Below, piece after piece: positions 59,916-64,000 of a DNA stretch of 64,000 nucleotides (positions within the stretch are counted from its first letter, which is position 1; every line of letters begins with the position of its first letter). Source of the DNA: an uncultured bacterium (GTDB lineage Bacteria > JAGOEH01); the NCBI GenBank assembly GCA_964632485.1, contig CAZWDO010000004.1, positions 1 to 64,000 of the forward strand. The letters run 5' to 3'. Made by a program: the position numbers and the translations under genes. The notes under the pieces were generated by a model, which saw nothing but the letters and a program-made list of their open reading frames with translations, did no database searches and was not told the DNA's origin.

Positions 59916-61151
59916 ATGAAGCATATAGCAGTAATAGGCGGTGGCGCGGCCGGGCTGATGGCTGCTCTATCCGCGGCAGAACAGGGCGCCCACGTAGCGC
60001 TTTTTGAACGCAACGACCGGGTTGGGAAAAAATTATCCATGACTGGCAACGGCCAGGGGAATTTCACAAATACCGATATTGCAGTTCATAATTATCATTG
60101 CCCGCAAGATCTATTTGTAGCTACCGTTCTGGACCGTTTCACACTCTCAATGACACTTGAATTTTTTGATCGACTGGGTATCCCCGCAAGGCCGGATTCA
60201 AGGAATCGGTACTACCCCCGCGGATTGCAGGCATCCGGACTGACCGATGCATTTCGGTTGACACTGGAGCGTTATCCCATCACTCTTCAAACACAACGTC
60301 TCATCACTGGAATCAAACCCGGCCTTAACGAATGGTTGGTCAATGGCCCTGATCATCGCGCCATGGCTTTTGATAGTGTTATCCTGGCCTGTGGCGGCAA
60401 GGCAGCTCCCCACACAGGCAGCGATGGCTCAGGGTATGATCTGATCCGCCCCCTGGGCCATACTGTTACTCCTCTATATCCGGCGTTGGTACCTTTGAAA
60501 CTCAACTCTGACTGGCATAAAGCAATGGCCAACATGAAATGGGAAGCCGGCGTCCAACTATTGATTGATAAAAAACCGGTTGACTCTCTGGTAGATGATA
60601 TTATTTTTACCGATTATGGAATCTCGGGAAGCGCGATTTTCCAATTGAGCCGAGCAGCCGTTCGTGCGCATTATCAAAAAAAACATGTTATTATCAGCCT
60701 TGATTTGCTTCCCGAAGAAAACTCAGCCCAGACGTTACAGCATTTAAAAATTCGTCGGAACAGGTGGTCCCATTGTCCCCTGGATCTATTTTTTAGTGGA
60801 TGGATTAACAAGCGGATCGGCCAAACACTACTGCGTATCATCGGCAAAAATTTAAGCCATGCATCACAGTCTCTCACCGAAAGCGATCTCTTTCAACTCT
60901 CCCATCTCCTTCATGACCTGCGCTTTGATGTATCCGGGCATCTCAACTGGCCCCAGGCGCAAATCACTTTAGGCGGAGTGGATTGCGCTGAAATCGATCC
61001 ACAAACCCTGCAATCCAGACTCCATCAAGGGTTGCGCTTCGCTGGAGAAATAATGGATGTCGACGGAGCTTGCGGCGGTTACAACCTTCAATGGGCCTGG
61101 TCTTCCGGTTGGGTCGCCGGCAGCTCATCTGCCACTGAAAAAAGTCCTTGA
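59916..61151 (+). CDS. HI0933/YhiN family flavoprotein
   Basis: IGGGAAG, GKKLSMTGNG..NFTN, GSDGSGY, FTDYGISG, TLGGV, GEIMDVDG..GGYNLQWAWSSG. Confidence 0.93.
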   Translation: MKHIAVIGGGAAGLMAALSAAEQGAHVALFERNDRVGKKLSMTGNGQGNFTNTDIAVHNYHCPQDLFVATVLDRFTLSMTLEFFDRLGIPARPDSRNRYYPRGLQASGLTDAFRLTLERYPITLQTQRLITGIKPGLNEWLVNGPDHRAMAFDSVILACGGKAAPHTGSDGSGYDLIRPLGHTVTPLYPALVPLKLNSDWHKAMANMKWEAGVQLLIDKKPVDSLVDDIIFTDYGISGSAIFQLSRAAVRAHYQKKHVIISLDLLPEENSAQTLQHLKIRRNRWSHCPLDLFFSGWINKRIGQTLLRIIGKNLSHASQSLTESDLFQLSHLLHDLRFDVSGHLNWPQAQITLGGVDCAEIDPQTLQSRLHQGLRFAGEIMDVDGACGGYNLQWAWSSGWVAGSSSATEKSP

Positions 61152-61176
61152 CAAAAGAATCGCTTTTGGCTATATT
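61148..61176 (+). promoter_or_regulatory. sigma70 promoter of fba
   Basis: TTGACA-17 bp-TATATT; the -35 box contains the upstream TGA stop. Confidence 0.75.
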
Positions 61177-61225
61177 GATTTTAAAACAAGTTCTTGAATA
61201 ATCATCAACCAGGAAAGAGGTCACT

Positions 61226-62206
61226 ATGAGTGAACGCGTCCATTATCGTGAGCTGGGATTGGTCAATACAAAAGAGCTTTTTAAAAAAGCCATGGAAGGT
61301 AAGTATGCTATTCCCGCTTACAATTTCAACAACATGGAGCAATTGCAGGCTATTATTTATGCTTGTATCGAATCCAATTCCCCAGTAATTTTGCAGGTAT
61401 CCAAGGGAGCGCGGAGTTATGCCAATTCGACATTACTGCGTTATATGGCGCGTGGAGCCGTTGAAATGGCGCGTGAAGTCGGCTCGAAAATTCCCATCGT
61501 TCTTCACCTGGATCACGGCGATTCGTTTGAACTTTGCAAATCGTGTATTGAAAGCGGATTTTCATCAGTTATGATCGACGGCTCTCATCTCCCCTATGAT
61601 GAAAACGTGGCATTGACGCGTAAAGTCGTTGAATATGCTCATCAACACGATGTGACTGTCGAAGGCGAACTGGGCGTTCTCGCCGGAATCGAAGATGAAG
61701 TATCATCTGAGCATTCTCATTATACACAACCTGAAGAAGTCCAGGATTTCGTTTCCAAAACCGGAGTCGATAGCTTAGCCATTTCAATTGGAACTTCCCA
61801 CGGGGCTTATAAATTTAAACTTGTTCCCGGTGAAGAACCCCCCTCCTTACGATTCGATATCCTGGAAGAAATCGAAAAACGGATACCGGGATTTCCGATT
61901 GTGCTGCATGGCGCATCTTCAGTAGTTCAAGAGTATGTGGAAATGATTAATCAAAACGGCGGCCAACTGGATGGCGCCATTGGAATTTCTGAAAACCAAC
62001 TGCGCAAAGCGGCCAGATCCGCCGTTTGTAAAATTAATATTGATAGTGATGGCCGCTTGGTCGTTACGGCTATCATTCGCCGCGAGTTTGCCAAAAATCC
62101 TAAGGAATTTGATCCCCGCAAATATATGGGACCTGCTCGTGAGGAGTTAAAAAAACTAATTATTAGTAAAAATACCAATGTTCTGGGCTCCGCAGGCCAG
62201 GCATAA
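61226..62206 (+). CDS. fba: Fructose-bisphosphate aldolase class II
   Basis: LHLDHG, SVMIDGS, VEGELG, IGTSHGAYK, VLHGASS, KINIDSD, DPRKY. Confidence 0.97.
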   Translation: MSERVHYRELGLVNTKELFKKAMEGKYAIPAYNFNNMEQLQAIIYACIESNSPVILQVSKGARSYANSTLLRYMARGAVEMAREVGSKIPIVLHLDHGDSFELCKSCIESGFSSVMIDGSHLPYDENVALTRKVVEYAHQHDVTVEGELGVLAGIEDEVSSEHSHYTQPEEVQDFVSKTGVDSLAISIGTSHGAYKFKLVPGEEPPSLRFDILEEIEKRIPGFPIVLHGASSVVQEYVEMINQNGGQLDGAIGISENQLRKAARSAVCKINIDSDGRLVVTAIIRREFAKNPKEFDPRKYMGPAREELKKLIISKNTNVLGSAGQA

Positions 62207-62260
62207 ATCATTGTTAATGGGGGGAATTATAAATTCCCTCCCATTGTAATTAGGGGGGGC

Positions 62261-64000
62261 ATGGATTCTCTTCTCCATGATTTTATCGCTATCGATATCG
62301 AAACAACAGGCTTGAATCCCGATAAAGACGCTATCATTGAATTAGCGGCTTGCGAATTCCAAGACTGTAAAATTAAGCGAACTTTTTCAACCCTGGTGAA
62401 CCCCAATCGATCCTTGCCGGAAGCTATCACAATCATTACCGGCATTACCGATGACGATTTGCTTGAGGCTCCTACTATCGACTCCGTTTGGAATGATTTT
62501 CTCCAATTCAGCAATAACCAGTCCTGTATTTTTCATAATGCCCCGTTTGATCTCTCTTTTTTAAAAAAAACAGGACTCCGACAGGGAATTCTCTTTAATT
62601 CATCAATAATTATGGATACGCTGATATTGGCCAGAGCCGCCAATCCTTTTCTAAACTCCTATAAACTTTGCGATTTGATTACTGAGATGAAGGTTCCTCC
62701 CATTCCAGAATCGTTCCATCGCGCCGGAGCCGATGCCCTTCAAACCGGGATGCTTTACATATCCATCAATCAGTTTTTGATGACCCAGTCTCTGGAAATA
62801 TTGAACGACCTGGCTAATTTCTTCCGCAATTCCGAATCATTCTATCAAACTTATTTTCGACTGATACTCAAACAGTATCAAACCCAATCCCAGAGCCAAA
62901 GGAAAATTACGCCCTCCCATTCTTACAACCAAATTTTTAAAACAGGTGAGGATTTTACCAAGCCAGATCATATTTATGAAATATTCCGACCCAATGGACT
63001 AATTTCCAACCAGTTACCCGATTATGAGTTTCGTCAATTACAGGAAGATTTGTCAGAATTTATCTATTCAGCGTTTAATGAAGATGCATTTGCAATGGCC
63101 GAAGCCGGAACGGGTACCGGAAAATCATTTGCATATCTGATACCGGCGATTCTATTCGCGCATTCTAATAAAAAAACCGTTTATATAGCGACTCGCACGA
63201 AAAGCTTGCAAGACCAATTATTCTTTAAAGATATTCCGTTTCTGCATGATCTTTTTGGAAATTCATTCCGTGCCGCTCTGCTAAAAGGGAAAAGCAATTA
63301 CGCCTGTCTAAAAAAAGTGGACTTTCTGAAAGAGTATCATTTACTGCGGTTCACCAGTGAGCAGCGCGAACAATTATTACCATTGATCAGCTTTCTCTAT
63401 TGGACCCATACCGGCGACATCTCAGAAATCTATCGAGCCGATCCTGTTAACGCCATTTCACGGGCCATCGGAGCTGAACAGCAGAATTGTTTCCCCACGA
63501 GTTGCCCGTATCGTCAAAAATGTTACTGGTTTAAAATCAGAATGCTGTCCCCACAATCTCAAATTGTAATATTGAATCATTCTTTACTTTTGGCAGACCT
63601 GCAGCATCAAAATGCGGAGGAGACTCCCTACCAATATGTCATCATAGATGAAGCCCATCAATTGGAAAAAAATGCCGCTTCCTATTTTGGGGAATCCCAT
63701 TCACTCGAAGAGCTAACAGATTTTTTTACATATTATTGCCTTCCTTCCCGCCAAAAAGCCACACTCATCACCGGCTTGATCGAATCTGTTAGAAAAAAAG
63801 GGATGCTATCCCCCCATAAAATTGCGGACATGGAAAAACTGCAGAAGCAATTAGAAAATGGCGCAAAAAAATACATGGATAATATTACCCTGCTTTTCGA
63901 TCATTTACGCCACTATATTCGCCAACGGCCCACTCTCAACGATTTCTCCAATAACAGTATCCGGCTCAAGGAAACTTTAATGGATATATCGTCCATCGAT
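62261..64000 (+). CDS. dinG: DnaQ-like exonuclease-DinG helicase fusion, partial (runs off the window end; missing from the ORF track)
   Basis: Open frame from ATG 62261: IDIETTG, HNAPFD, HRAGADA (DEDDh); Q motif RQLQ, EAGTGTGKS, KGKSNYAC, NHSLL, IIDEAH. Confidence 0.93.
   Translation, partial: MDSLLHDFIAIDIETTGLNPDKDAIIELAACEFQDCKIKRTFSTLVNPNRSLPEAITIITGITDDDLLEAPTIDSVWNDFLQFSNNQSCIFHNAPFDLSFLKKTGLRQGILFNSSIIMDTLILARAANPFLNSYKLCDLITEMKVPPIPESFHRAGADALQTGMLYISINQFLMTQSLEILNDLANFFRNSESFYQTYFRLILKQYQTQSQSQRKITPSHSYNQIFKTGEDFTKPDHIYEIFRPNGLISNQLPDYEFRQLQEDLSEFIYSAFNEDAFAMAEAGTGTGKSFAYLIPAILFAHSNKKTVYIATRTKSLQDQLFFKDIPFLHDLFGNSFRAALLKGKSNYACLKKVDFLKEYHLLRFTSEQREQLLPLISFLYWTHTGDISEIYRADPVNAISRAIGAEQQNCFPTSCPYRQKCYWFKIRMLSPQSQIVILNHSLLLADLQHQNAEETPYQYVIIDEAHQLEKNAASYFGESHSLEELTDFFTYYCLPSRQKATLITGLIESVRKKGMLSPHKIADMEKLQKQLENGAKKYMDNITLLFDHLRHYIRQRPTLNDFSNNSIRLKETLMDISSID

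Noticed and set aside
62227-62514. 95-aa minus-strand ORF
   Set aside because: Antisense to the exonuclease-DinG gene.
1-64000. CRISPR arrays, tRNA/rRNA, IS elements, prophage
   Set aside because: No regular repeat-spacer pattern, cloverleaf/T-loop motif, transposase, integrase or phage gene was recognised by eye.

Overview
Gene-dense chromosomal segment of a diderm bacterium, probably FCB superphylum (inferred from three secreted proteins with T9SS/FlgD-like C-terminal domains and Bacteroidota/KSB1-style lipoproteins). It is mostly housekeeping: ruvC, rlpA, umuC, gltBD, PBP1A, tsaC, lgt, gcvPA/PB, coaD, rsmD, alaS, pepD, an S41 protease, an aroF-aroEK-aroA-aroC-pheA-tyrA operon, leuB, fba and an exonuclease-DinG fusion that runs off the right edge. 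I saw no rRNA, tRNA, CRISPR array, transposase or integrase. The most unusual region is about 20.6-30.7 kb. There, one tightly packed minus-strand unit joins a PilM-like gene and a tiny PilN-like gene to rsmD-coaD, FapA (DUF342), a Na+-type MotAB stator, a PilZ protein, a TPR protein and an Ig-like lipoprotein. Next to it are a monocistronic non-canonical pilin (probable Cys3His Zn site) and a divergent cheD-HDOD pair, with no flagellar structural genes in the window. Other leads: a TonB-dependent receptor broken by a 1-nt insertion and an in-frame TAA, umuC without umuD, an aro operon lacking aroB and aroD, and several long structured leaders or intergenic RNAs (notably 37805-37995 and the alaS leader). 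All calls come from reading motifs by eye; no database searches or folding programs were run.
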